Shown: positions 55,093 to 64,000 of the stretch, piece after piece
Layout of the letters: each line of letters begins with the position of its first letter
How positions within the stretch are numbered: position 1 is the stretch's first letter
Assembly (NCBI GenBank): GCA_964638675.1
Contig: CAZXAU010000001.1
Location: 56,966 to 120,965 of the forward strand
Direction of reading: 5' to 3'
DNA: 64,000 nucleotides
Source: an uncultured Lachnospiraceae bacterium
Lineage (GTDB): Bacteria; Bacillota; Clostridia; Oscillospirales; CAG-272
Translations under genes and position numbers: made by a program
The notes under the pieces: model-generated
The model's input: the letters and a program-made list of their open reading frames with translations, nothing else
Database searches by the model: none
Told to the model about the DNA's origin: nothing

Positions 55093-55887
55093 TCAAATGC
55101 CGAGAAGCTCACGGGCATTTTTGTTTGTAAGATCAATAAGCTCGTTCAGCTCCATGCCTCGAATATTTGCGAGAAATTCTGCGGTGTGCATCATCAGAAG
55201 CGAATTGTTGATCTCACCACGATGAGGAACGGGGGTAAGATAGGGGCAATCGGTTTCAATCAGAAGTCGATCTTTTGATACGACAGCTGCTGCTTCAACA
55301 GTTTTTCTTGCATTTTTGAATGTGAGAGAACCGGAAAAAGAGATATAGAAGCCTAAATCTTCAAATTCACGAACCATCTCTGCCGATGCAGAATAGCTAT
55401 GCATGATTCCTCGAATGCCTTTGAATTCTTTGAGAATTGAAATCAGATCTCCGTGTGCTTCACGGTCGTGAATGACGACGGGAATGTCAAGGTCACGGGC
55501 GAGTGAGAGCTGAGAGCGAAACCATTTTTTTTGTGTTTCACGGTCGGTGTCATCATAATGATAATCAAGACCAATCTCACCCAGTGCCTTTGCCTTTGGG
55601 TGTGAAAGCAGCTTTGCAAGTCTTTGCAGAAACTCAGATTCGCTTTCGGATATTTTGCCTGTCTCGTGCGGATAAACACCGAGAGCCGCATAGATATTGG
55701 GATATTTCTCGCAAAGCGACAGAGTATTGATCGAATCTTCAATATCAACCGAAGCGTTGAGTATGTATTCAACACTGCCGGCGAAAAGATGCTCGAGAAG
55801 AGCATCTTTTCCGCCTTCAAGTGAATTGAATTTTTCATCATTGTAATGGGCGTGCGTGTCAAACAGCCCGGAGGATTTAAGAGACAT
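55093..55887 (-). CDS. tatD: TatD-family metal-dependent hydrolase
   Basis: FDTHAHYNDEKF, GEIGLDYHY, VIHDREAH and ETDCPYL motifs. Confidence 0.92.
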   Translation of the reverse strand: MSLKSSGLFDTHAHYNDEKFNSLEGGKDALLEHLFAGSVEYILNASVDIEDSINTLSLCEKYPNIYAALGVYPHETGKISESESEFLQRLAKLLSHPKAKALGEIGLDYHYDDTDRETQKKWFRSQLSLARDLDIPVVIHDREAHGDLISILKEFKGIRGIMHSYSASAEMVREFEDLGFYISFSGSLTFKNARKTVEAAAVVSKDRLLIETDCPYLTPVPHRGEINNSLLMMHTAEFLANIRGMELNELIDLTNKNARELLGI

Positions 55888-55909
55888 AATTTTGCCCTAT
55901 CTTTTCGCC

Positions 55910-57844
55910 TTATCTTATTCTTTCACCGAGAGGTGTTGCATCATCGAGGAAAACAACTCGTACAGTTTCCTCTCCCGATGCAAGGAGCATGCCGTTTGAT
56001 TCTTCGCCGCAAAGAGTTGCAGGCTTAAGGTTGGCAACTACTATAACCTTCTTGCCGATCAGCTCTTCGGGCTTGTAGTGCTTGGCAATGCCCGAAACTA
56101 TCTGACGTTTTTCATAACCGAGATCGACAATGATCTTGAGAAGCTTTTTAGCCTTTTTCACAGGTTCGGCAGATATGATCTTTGCAGATCTCAGTTCTAC
56201 CGATTTGAATGAGCCGTATTCGATCTGTGCTTCCTCATCTTCGGGACGGGCGGTCTCTTGCTCTGCTTGTGCTTGTGCTGCCTGTCTTGCTTCCATGTCG
56301 GCAATGAATTTTGCCTCATCTATTCTTGCGAAAAGAGCAGGTGTCATAACAATGCTCTTGCCGCTTGCAAGCTTTCCGAATGTATAGCTGTCAAGTGAGC
56401 GTTCATCGGTTGAAAGTGCGGCAAAGATTTTTTCCGCAGTCTCGGGAATAATGGGCGTGAGAAGAATTGCACTAAGACGGATAGTTTCAAGAAGATTGTA
56501 AAGAACAGTTCCGAGACGTCCCTTCTTTTCCTCGTCCTTTGCAAGCACCCAAGGGGTGGTCTCGTCAATATATTTGTTCGCGCGGCGTAAAAGCGTAAAT
56601 ACATTTTCTACGGCGTCGGCGATATGGAAGCTTTCCATGTTTTCGGTGTAAAGCTCAAGTGTTTTTTCGGCAAGGGCTTTAAGCTCGGAATCGAATTCAC
56701 CTTCTACCGAATTATCGGGAATAATTCCGCCGAAATATTTCTCGGTCATAGAAAGAGTGCGGCTGACGAGATTTCCGAGATTGTTTGCAAGGTCGGTGTT
56801 ATATCTCTTTATAAGACTTTCATAGGTGATGCTTCCGTCTTGAGCATAAGGCATTTCAGAGAGAACATAGTGACGGACGCCGTCAACTCCGAAAAGATCG
56901 GAAAGCTCATCGGCATACAAAACATTGCCTTTGGATTTGCTCATCTTGTCATTTCCGAAGAGAAGCCAAGGGTGACCAAAAACCTTTTTCGGCAACGGCT
57001 CTCCGAGTGCCATAAGGAATATCGGCCAGTATATCGTATGGAATCTTACGATGTCTTTTCCGATTATATGAACATCGGCAGGCCAGTATTTTTTGTAGCT
57101 CTCACTCGGGTTATCGATATCATATCCGATTGCCGAAATGTAGTTGGTGAGAGCGTCAAGCCAAACATAAACTACATGCTTACTGTCAAAATCCACAGGA
57201 ATACCCCATTTAAAGGAGGTTCTTGAAACGCAGAGATCCTGCAATCCGGGGAGGAGGAAATTGTTGAGCATTTCTTTTCTTCTCGAATCGGGTGCAATGA
57301 ATTCGGCGTGATCTTCATAGTATTTGATAAGCCTGTCAGCGTATTTGCTCATTCTGAATGAATACGCCTCTTCCTTGGTTTTGGTGACCTCTCTGCCGCA
57401 GTCGGGGCATTTTCCGTCCTTGAGCTGTGTTTCGGGGAAGAAGGACTCGCAAGGAACGCAATACCAGCCTTCGTATTCGGTTTTATAAATGTCACCCTGA
57501 TCGTAGAATTTTTTGAAGATCTTCTGTACGTTCTTCTCGTGATAGTCATCGGTCGTGCGGATAAAATGATCGTATGATACGTTCATTCTGTCCCAAAGCT
57601 GTTTGATGTCGCCCGAGACATTATCGACCCACTGCTTTGGTGTGATCCCGCCCGATTTTGCGAGATCTTCGATTTTTTTGCCGTGTTCGTCTGTTCCGGT
57701 GCAGAAAAAAACATCGTATCCTTGCATGCGTTTGAAACGGGCTATTGCATCTGCCATTATAGCTTCATAGGTGTTTCCGATATGCGGTTTTCTTGATGCA
57801 TAAGCTATTGCTGTTGTGATATAATATTTTCCTTTGTTTTCCAT
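55910..57844 (-). CDS. metG: Methionine--tRNA ligase with C-terminal tRNA-binding domain
   Basis: HIGN motif (PHIGNTYEAI), zinc knuckle (CVPCESF...CPDCG), KMSKS (DKMSKSKGN), and a C-terminal EMAP-like domain. Confidence 0.96.
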   Translation of the reverse strand: MENKGKYYITTAIAYASRKPHIGNTYEAIMADAIARFKRMQGYDVFFCTGTDEHGKKIEDLAKSGGITPKQWVDNVSGDIKQLWDRMNVSYDHFIRTTDDYHEKNVQKIFKKFYDQGDIYKTEYEGWYCVPCESFFPETQLKDGKCPDCGREVTKTKEEAYSFRMSKYADRLIKYYEDHAEFIAPDSRRKEMLNNFLLPGLQDLCVSRTSFKWGIPVDFDSKHVVYVWLDALTNYISAIGYDIDNPSESYKKYWPADVHIIGKDIVRFHTIYWPIFLMALGEPLPKKVFGHPWLLFGNDKMSKSKGNVLYADELSDLFGVDGVRHYVLSEMPYAQDGSITYESLIKRYNTDLANNLGNLVSRTLSMTEKYFGGIIPDNSVEGEFDSELKALAEKTLELYTENMESFHIADAVENVFTLLRRANKYIDETTPWVLAKDEEKKGRLGTVLYNLLETIRLSAILLTPIIPETAEKIFAALSTDERSLDSYTFGKLASGKSIVMTPALFARIDEAKFIADMEARQAAQAQAEQETARPEDEEAQIEYGSFKSVELRSAKIISAEPVKKAKKLLKIIVDLGYEKRQIVSGIAKHYKPEELIGKKVIVVANLKPATLCGEESNGMLLASGEETVRVVFLDDATPLGERIR

Positions 57845-57845
57845 G

Positions 57846-58778
57846 CTAATCCTGCCTTTCTCTCAGCTTTGTGAGAAGAATTTTAAAATAATCGGGAAGC
57901 TCGGATTCAAAGCTGAGCTTTTCCCCTGTTATCGGGTGAATAAAATCAATATATTTTGCGTGCAGACACTGTCCTTTAAGAATATCTGCATACTGTTTTT
58001 CAAATTTTGTATTGCCTGCACCGTAGAGCGTGTCTCCCATTACGGGGTGGCCTATCGAGAATGTGTGAACTCTGATCTGATGAGTCCGCCCTGTTTCGAG
58101 CCGCAACCTGACATAGCAAAAGCCGTCAAAGCGTTCAATGACACGGTAATGAGTTATTGCCTCTCTGCCGTCACTTACTATAGCCATTTTAAGTCGATTC
58201 TTGGGCGATCTTCCGATGTTTCCTTCAATAGTTCCCGAATCGTCCTTCAGGTTTCCGACAAGAATACTTTCATATTCTCTTCCGAATGAATGGATCTTTA
58301 TCTGCTCGGCAAGTGCCGTGTGAGCTTCATCGGTTTTGGCAATGATGAGAAGTCCGCTTGTGTCTTTATCGATACGGTGTACGATGCCCGGTCGGATGAC
58401 TCCGTTTATAGAGGAAAGACGCCCTTGCATTGCATACAGCAGTGCGTTGACGAGTGTACCGTCATAGTTTCCCGGTGCGGGGTGTACTACCATGCCTTTG
58501 GGTTTGTTTACAAGTGCGAGATAATCGTCCTCGTATACGATATCTATCGGAATATCCTCGGGAAGAGCCTTGTCGGGGATCGGATCGCTCAGCTCAAGTC
58601 TGATGATATCCCCCTGTACAGGCTTGTATTTATTATCCTTGACTTTTCCGCTGACAAGTATTCTTCCTTCTTCGTTCATTTTCTGAACAGCCGATCTCGT
58701 CAGAGAGCAAAGCTGTGAAAGATAGACATCAAGCCGTGGATTGTCAGGGGTGTCAACATTGAGTATTTCGGTCTTCAT
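57846..58778 (-). CDS. rluD: RluA/RluD-family 23S rRNA pseudouridine synthase
   Basis: N-terminal S4 domain, the catalytic HRIDKDTSGLL motif, and GRTHQIRVH. Confidence 0.92.
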   Translation of the reverse strand: MKTEILNVDTPDNPRLDVYLSQLCSLTRSAVQKMNEEGRILVSGKVKDNKYKPVQGDIIRLELSDPIPDKALPEDIPIDIVYEDDYLALVNKPKGMVVHPAPGNYDGTLVNALLYAMQGRLSSINGVIRPGIVHRIDKDTSGLLIIAKTDEAHTALAEQIKIHSFGREYESILVGNLKDDSGTIEGNIGRSPKNRLKMAIVSDGREAITHYRVIERFDGFCYVRLRLETGRTHQIRVHTFSIGHPVMGDTLYGAGNTKFEKQYADILKGQCLHAKYIDFIHPITGEKLSFESELPDYFKILLTKLRERQD

Positions 58779-59328
58779 CTATTGTATCATTTTGAGGAGC
58801 TTCTACGTTTTCTATGTTTTCGAGTGCCTTTTTTCTTTTTCTTTCTTCGATTATCTCCGATCTGATGTAAGCTATCACAAAAAGAAACGCACCGACAACA
58901 ACGCAGGCATCCGCAACATTGAAAATGTATGACCAGATCTTCGGAAATGCACAGAAATCGAGAAAATCTATAACTGTTCCGTTAAGGAAAGATTCTCCGA
59001 AAAAGCACCTGTCTATCATATTGGAAAAACCGCCGCCGACAATGAGTGAAAACGAAATGTTATAAAGCATACCCATTTTCTTCCTGTATCTTATGAGCAG
59101 GTAAACTATTACAATGAGCGTGACTATAGTCAGCGACATGAAGATCCACCTTGCCGAGCCGAGCATTCCGAATGCCGCACCTTGGTTTCTTATGTAGGTG
59201 AATCTGAATATTCCGGGTATAACGTCAATCGATTGACCGAGCGACATTCCCGAAACAACGAGATATTTTGTCAGCTGATCAATTGCTACAACCAGTATAA
59301 AAATTATTGCTGAAATTACAAGCGACAT
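58753..59328 (-). CDS. lspA: Lipoprotein signal peptidase (signal peptidase II)
   Basis: Four-TM protein with the NQGAAFG and FNVADA motifs. It overlaps rluD by 26 nt. Confidence 0.92.
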   Translation of the reverse strand: MSLVISAIIFILVVAIDQLTKYLVVSGMSLGQSIDVIPGIFRFTYIRNQGAAFGMLGSARWIFMSLTIVTLIVIVYLLIRYRKKMGMLYNISFSLIVGGGFSNMIDRCFFGESFLNGTVIDFLDFCAFPKIWSYIFNVADACVVVGAFLFVIAYIRSEIIEERKRKKALENIENVEAPQNDTIDEDRNTQC

Positions 59329-59392
59329 GAATTACCTCATAAAGGATAGTGAATAATTGAAACTAATCTGTTTTCTTGATATTTAAATTTTA

Positions 59393-59565
59393 CGTATGGG
59401 GCAGGAGATCCACATGACGGCTACAGTTCATGCAGTTACAATCTTAGCACCATTCGAGCGAAGCCACCATACACCCTACACCTCTAATAAAGTCTTTGAT
59501 GGGGGAAGGTGAAATTTTCTGTAGAAAATTTCACCGGGGGAATCATTCTACAGAAAGTTCCCCCG
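59393..59565 (-). repeat. Intergenic repeat family A, copy 3 (starts 16 nt after the ileS stop)
   Basis: The reverse complement aligns with copies 1 and 2. It has hairpins GGGGGAACTTTCTGTAGAATGATTCCCCC and GGTGAAATTTTCTACAGAAAATTTCACC, then the blocks CAAAGACTTTATTAGAGG, GGCTTCGCT and TAGCCGTCATGTGG. Confidence 0.9.
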
Positions 59566-59580
59566 TAAACCAAACACAAA

Positions 59581-62367
59581 CTATCTTTTATTGACTATGC
59601 TGTCGCAACGGTAGCAGAGGAAGCCACCGTCTTCGGTGTGAGTGCCGTTTTCGGAGTGCATCCAGCAACGGTCGCATTTGCAACCGGGTGCGGCAGTTAC
59701 GACAACTCTAACGCCGGATGTTGTGTCTATAAATGCACCCTCGGGAGCTTCGCCTTCGATAACATCTACAGCGGAAACGATAAATACTGTTCCGAGGTCA
59801 CTGCCGAAGCTGTCAAGAAGCTTCTTTATAGTGCTGTTGCAGTAGATAGTTACCTTAGCTTCAAGCGATTTGCCGATCAGTTTAGCATTTCTTGCTTCTT
59901 CAAGTGCTTTGAGAATATCATCTCTCATCTCAAAGAGTCTGTCGTAATGCTCTTCGACCTCACGGAAGTCATATTTTGCATCGGCAACAGGCATGTCGTT
60001 CAGAAGCACGTGCTTTTTGTTTTCCTCTTTGGAATGAACCATCATCTGCCAGATCTCATCCGATGTGTAGAAGAGGATCGGAGCTATAAGACGGGTGAGT
60101 GATGAGAGAACTCTGTAAAGCGTTGTTTGTGCTGCAAGACGTGTGGGCGATTTCTTATCTTCGACATAAAGACGGTCTTTTGTGATGTCGATATAAAGCT
60201 TCGACATTTCGGTCGTGCAGAAATTCACGACTGCGTGGTATACTGCATGGAATTCGTACTTGTTATATGCCTCAAGACATTCCTTGATAAGCTTATTGAG
60301 TTTTGCATTAGCCCATTTGTCTATATCAAGAAGCTGACTTTCGTCTACAGCATCATTGTCGGGATCAAATCCGTCGAGGTTGGCCATGATGATACGGGTG
60401 GTGTTTCTGATCTTTCTGTAGCTTTCTGAAAGTTGTTTGAATATATTATCCGAAACACGGACATCTACCTGATAATCGGAGGACGCAACCCAGAGACGAA
60501 CAAGGTCGGCACCGTATTTTTTAATGACATCCTCGGGCAATATCGAGTTTCCGAGCGATTTATGCATTGCTTTTCCTTCGCCGTCAACCACCCAGCCGTG
60601 AGTGAGGACCTGCTTGTAGGGCGCCCCCTGCTCTTTTGCACCGACAGCTGTCAGAAGGGAGGACTGGAACCATCCTCTGTACTGGTCTGCTCCTTCAAGA
60701 TAGAGATCGGCAGGCCACTTTTGTCCCTCTTTGCCTTCAATTACTGCGAAATGGCTTGAACCCGAATCGAACCATCCGTCAAGTGTATCGGTTTCCTTAA
60801 AGAATTCGGAGCATCCGCATTCGCACTTGAAGCCTTCGGGAAGAAGCTCTTTTTCGGGAAGATCAAACCATGCGTTCGATCCTTTTTCGGCAAATATATT
60901 TGAAATTTTCTCGATAGTTTCATCGTTGCATATCGGCTTTTTGCAGTCGGCACAGTATACAACAGGAATCGGGAGACCCCAATGACGCTGACGGGAGATG
61001 CACCAGTCGTTTCTTTCTCTGATCATCTGTTTGATGCGTTCGCCGCCCCATGCAGGAATCCACTCGACCTGTTCGCAGGCCTGAACGGCCTGATCCTTGA
61101 AGGATTCAACCGAGCAGAACCACTGAGGAGTTGCACGGAAGATTATCGGGCTCTTGCATCTCCAGCAGTGAGGATAGGAGTGAGTGACCTTCTCACTTGC
61201 GAACAGCGCACCGCTCTCCTGCATGTCGGCAAGAATAACCTCATTCGATTTCTCATAGTAAAGACCTGCATATTTTCCTGCCAGCTCGGTCTGATAACCC
61301 TTGTCATCGACAGGCACAACTATATCGATGCCGTATCTGCGTGATGTCATATAGTCATCTGCTCCGAATCCGCCGGCAGTGTGTACGCATCCCGTGCCGC
61401 TTTCCATTGTTACATAGTCGGCGTTCACTATAAGTACATCACGGTCGAGGAAGGGGTGCTCTGCAACCATATATTCGAATTCTTTACCCGGCATGGTTTT
61501 GATGATTTCATATTCATCAATATTGCCTGCCTTCATGGTCTTTGCGGCAAGTGCTTCGGCCGTGATATAGTATTCACTGCCTGCTTTTATAAGTGCATAG
61601 CTTTCATAGGGATTGAGAGCGATTGCCTGGTTGCCGGGGAGAGTCCATGTGGTTGTTGTCCATATGATGAAATATGTCGAGTCAAGCGTCGTTCCGAGCT
61701 TGCCCTTATCGTCGCTTACTTTGAATTTTACATATATGGTCGTACAGGGGTCGTCCTGATACTCTATCTCTGCCTCGGCAAGAGCGGTCTCATCCTTAGG
61801 ACACCAATAAACCGGCTTGAGCCCCTTGTAGATATAGCCCTTTTTATACATTTCACCGAAGACCTTGACTTCTCTCGCTTCAAAAGAGGGGTTCATTGTG
61901 AGGTAGGGGTGCTCCCAATCCGCAGTGACTCCGAGACGCTTGAATGATGCCATCTGGATGTCAACATAGTTTTGGGCAAATGCGTGGCATGCCGAACGGA
62001 ACTCCGGGATACTCATTTTTTTGCGGTCGAGTTTATTTTTCTTTATGATAGCCGATTCGATAGGCATTCCGTGGTTGTCCCATCCAGGGATATACGGAAC
62101 CTTGTAACCGGTCATTGATTTCGATTTGTTGATAATGTCCTTGAGGACCTTGTTCATTGCCGTTCCCATATGGATGTTACCGTTTGAGAATGGAGGACCG
62201 TCATGGAGAAGGAATGTAGGTTTTCCTTCGTTTCTTTTAAGCATTTCATTGTAAAGATCGAGCTTTTCAACTTCCTTGAGCATTCCCGGTTCACGTTCCG
62301 GAAGATTGGCTCTCATTGAAAACCCGGTTTTTGGCAAATTCAGGGTTGATGTATAATCGACTGCCAT
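59581..62367 (-). CDS. ileS: Isoleucine--tRNA ligase
   Basis: 928 aa. HIGH region (PFSNGNIHMGT), KMSKS (GKAMHKSLGN), a CP1 editing domain, and a C-terminal zinc-binding Cys pairs. Confidence 0.97.
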   Translation of the reverse strand: MAVDYTSTLNLPKTGFSMRANLPEREPGMLKEVEKLDLYNEMLKRNEGKPTFLLHDGPPFSNGNIHMGTAMNKVLKDIINKSKSMTGYKVPYIPGWDNHGMPIESAIIKKNKLDRKKMSIPEFRSACHAFAQNYVDIQMASFKRLGVTADWEHPYLTMNPSFEAREVKVFGEMYKKGYIYKGLKPVYWCPKDETALAEAEIEYQDDPCTTIYVKFKVSDDKGKLGTTLDSTYFIIWTTTTWTLPGNQAIALNPYESYALIKAGSEYYITAEALAAKTMKAGNIDEYEIIKTMPGKEFEYMVAEHPFLDRDVLIVNADYVTMESGTGCVHTAGGFGADDYMTSRRYGIDIVVPVDDKGYQTELAGKYAGLYYEKSNEVILADMQESGALFASEKVTHSYPHCWRCKSPIIFRATPQWFCSVESFKDQAVQACEQVEWIPAWGGERIKQMIRERNDWCISRQRHWGLPIPVVYCADCKKPICNDETIEKISNIFAEKGSNAWFDLPEKELLPEGFKCECGCSEFFKETDTLDGWFDSGSSHFAVIEGKEGQKWPADLYLEGADQYRGWFQSSLLTAVGAKEQGAPYKQVLTHGWVVDGEGKAMHKSLGNSILPEDVIKKYGADLVRLWVASSDYQVDVRVSDNIFKQLSESYRKIRNTTRIIMANLDGFDPDNDAVDESQLLDIDKWANAKLNKLIKECLEAYNKYEFHAVYHAVVNFCTTEMSKLYIDITKDRLYVEDKKSPTRLAAQTTLYRVLSSLTRLIAPILFYTSDEIWQMMVHSKEENKKHVLLNDMPVADAKYDFREVEEHYDRLFEMRDDILKALEEARNAKLIGKSLEAKVTIYCNSTIKKLLDSFGSDLGTVFIVSAVDVIEGEAPEGAFIDTTSGVRVVVTAAPGCKCDRCWMHSENGTHTEDGGFLCYRCDSIVNKR

Positions 62368-62521
62368 TTTTATATCTCCTTGTTTTGTAATGTTATCGGT
62401 TGTATTTATAATAGCCTATGCGGAAACTATGTCCGCACAGATCTTTCAATATCAATAAATGATCAAGTTATGCTTTTACTGCCGGCGTGATCTGCACTGA
62501 AATATCGGCGATAATCAGCGT

Positions 62522-63340
62522 TCAATCGGCATTGTCCGAAAAAAGCTTTTTGAGCTCTTCATCGGTTGAAGAACTGTTGTCAGATTCTTCAGCTGTGTTG
62601 TCCGGACTTTTAGTACTGCCATACTCATTACCGCTAACGTCGATTTCTGTCGGTTTGCTTTTCGGTCTGAGTGTCTTTGCAGGCTTAGGTCTTTTGCGTT
62701 TTATCTGACTTGAAATGGTATTCTCGATCTCCTCGTCCGAGAGTCCTGAGAATTCGCCCATTCCATGAGAAATATTTTCGGTCTGCGATTTTCCGGAATC
62801 GGAGGATGACTCAAAACCCTCTGCCGCGGAGCGAATGCTTTGCATGATCTTTGCAACAAGCTCATTGTCGCTGCGATCCCAATCCGGGTCTGCGTTTTCA
62901 GGTGCAATTTCGTTCAATTCGGAAATCTGTTTGTTGTATCTCTCAAGCATAGACGTTTTGAATTCAGATACGCTATCCATCATTGCGTGCAGTGTTGCCT
63001 TTTGTAACTTTATTTTTTCTGCAAATTCACTGATCATCACCGAGATATCCTTCTTTGCGGCGTCGGTGATTGCCTGTGCCTGAAGCTGAGCATCCGAGAT
63101 AATTCTCTCCTGAATTCGCTGAGCACTTACAAGTGCACGGTTTATGGCGTCTTCCTTGGATTCAAATTCCTCAAGTCTTGCGTTCAGTTGCAAAAGTTCT
63201 TTTTCAAGCTCGTCATTTTTCCTGTAGAGTTCTGTGTATTTTTCAACTATAAAGTCTATATGTTCATTAACCTCCGTCTGTGCATAACCTCTGAGTGCAA
63301 GCGGAAATTTTTTGTTTTTCAGTTCATGTGGAGGAAGCAT
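62522..63340 (-). CDS. divIVA: DivIVA-domain cell-division protein
   Basis: The N-terminus LPPHELKNKKFPLALRGYAQTEVNEHIDFIVEKY is the DivIVA lipid-binding domain. A coiled coil and an acidic tail follow. Confidence 0.9.
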   Translation of the reverse strand: MLPPHELKNKKFPLALRGYAQTEVNEHIDFIVEKYTELYRKNDELEKELLQLNARLEEFESKEDAINRALVSAQRIQERIISDAQLQAQAITDAAKKDISVMISEFAEKIKLQKATLHAMMDSVSEFKTSMLERYNKQISELNEIAPENADPDWDRSDNELVAKIMQSIRSAAEGFESSSDSGKSQTENISHGMGEFSGLSDEEIENTISSQIKRKRPKPAKTLRPKSKPTEIDVSGNEYGSTKSPDNTAEESDNSSSTDEELKKLFSDNAD

Positions 63341-63572
63341 TCGATTATCTCCTTAAATATTTTGTGTTGGCTGTCCGATTGTCGGGCGTCGACTCTCTGC
63401 ATTTATTCTCATTGAAATGCTTGGACAAGGACTTTTGTGTATTTTTGTGTTTAATTTACTTGTGTAATTTTTAAAATGTCTGTGTCATGTGCCGGACGAT
63501 CGACCCAAGACAGAACACAGGAGCTTTGATAAGTAATTAAAAGATGTATAAACAATGCAGATCAAAACACTG

Positions 63573-63881
63573 CTAAAATATGTTCAATATCATTAACAGC
63601 ATATTGACAAACACCGCTCCGAAGAAAAATGAAACATCTAAGGGAGAGCCAGAAAACCATCCCTTTTTTTCGATAAAAACTCTTATCGGTGCAATGAATA
63701 TTTCTGTCAGAAAAACGATAACACCGACAAAGGGACCTTCAGCGTCCGGTGTAAAAAATGACATGAGCATTCTGATAAAAAATGCTACGTCAACAATTAT
63801 GAGAAAAAAATAAATAAATGAATAAATTATCAATAACATTTTATATTCCCCGGATTTACGAATAGCTGATTCATTATTCAT
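63573..63881 (-). CDS. yggT: YggT-family membrane protein
   Basis: Small two-to-four-TM protein with ...FIRMLMSFF..., in the conserved position upstream of divIVA. The exact start (63881 or the internal Met) is uncertain. Confidence 0.8.
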   Translation of the reverse strand: MNNESAIRKSGEYKMLLIIYSFIYFFLIIVDVAFFIRMLMSFFTPDAEGPFVGVIVFLTEIFIAPIRVFIEKKGWFSGSPLDVSFFFGAVFVNMLLMILNIF

Positions 63882-64000
63882 GCTTCGGGCATAAAGAATC
63901 CCCGAAAGAACCCGCTTTTTCGGATTCTTTCGGAAATACTGTTTAAAAGCGGAATACTTTTCACATGCCCGAAGATCAATTTTCAGAAAATGATCCAGGC

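Noticed and set aside
56624-57226. 200-aa plus-strand ORF inside metG
   Set aside because: It is antisense to methionyl-tRNA synthetase, so it is a shadow ORF.
1-64000. CRISPR arrays, tRNA/rRNA genes, transposases, integrases, reverse transcriptases, restriction-modification or other recognisable defence genes
   Set aside because: I looked for regularly spaced direct repeats, cloverleaf-like segments and the corresponding protein motifs in all ORFs, and found none. The only helicase (47351-49633) is a stand-alone Lhr-like gene with no nuclease or methylase partner.

Overview
The window looks like a low-GC Bacillota (Clostridia-like) chromosome segment. I infer this from gene content and order: yggT-divIVA-ileS-lspA-rluD, type II pantothenate kinase, ECF-type ThiT behind a TPP riboswitch, and sigma-A style promoters.

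Most of it is housekeeping:
- potCD, murA, an NMT1-type ABC importer, a Crp/Fnr regulator, a radical SAM enzyme, coaW and uvrBA
- a SAM methyltransferase, an rlmI-like methyltransferase, a CotH-family protein, cysS and an Lhr-like helicase
- an HI0933-family flavoprotein, cmk, rpsA, an M18 aminopeptidase and tatD-metG-rluD-lspA-ileS-divIVA-yggT

I saw no rRNA, tRNA, CRISPR array, transposase, integrase or phage genes.

The unusual content is of two kinds.

1. An accessory block at about 21.1-37.5 kb:
- a pspA-less ydjG/ydjH/ydjI-like operon (zinc-ribbon / TPM / SPFH with three zinc ribbons), extended by a membrane-anchored protein with an NlpC/P60-like Cys...His pattern
- divergently transcribed from it, behind a promoter-plus-terminator leader, a 1098-aa secreted protein (DNRLRE domain, two ricin-type lectin domains, C-terminal caspase-like His/Cys region) plus a lipoprotein
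- a decayed patch downstream of TPP-riboswitch-thiT. It holds a small hydrophobic ORF, an orphan 232-aa ORF and an internal RHS/YD-repeat fragment with an in-frame TGA. It also holds two secreted proteins ending in PxTSD-TM-basic tails and a truncated duplicate of the first one's 5' end.

2. Two families of structured intergenic repeats whose orientation is locked to flanking genes:
- family A (3 copies) always lies just after a stop codon
- family B (4 copies) always ends at the next gene's start codon, with conserved arms around a variable hairpin
- degenerate relatives and a nested four-hairpin element also occur

All functional calls rest on my own recognition of motifs in the translations. 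No database search was run.
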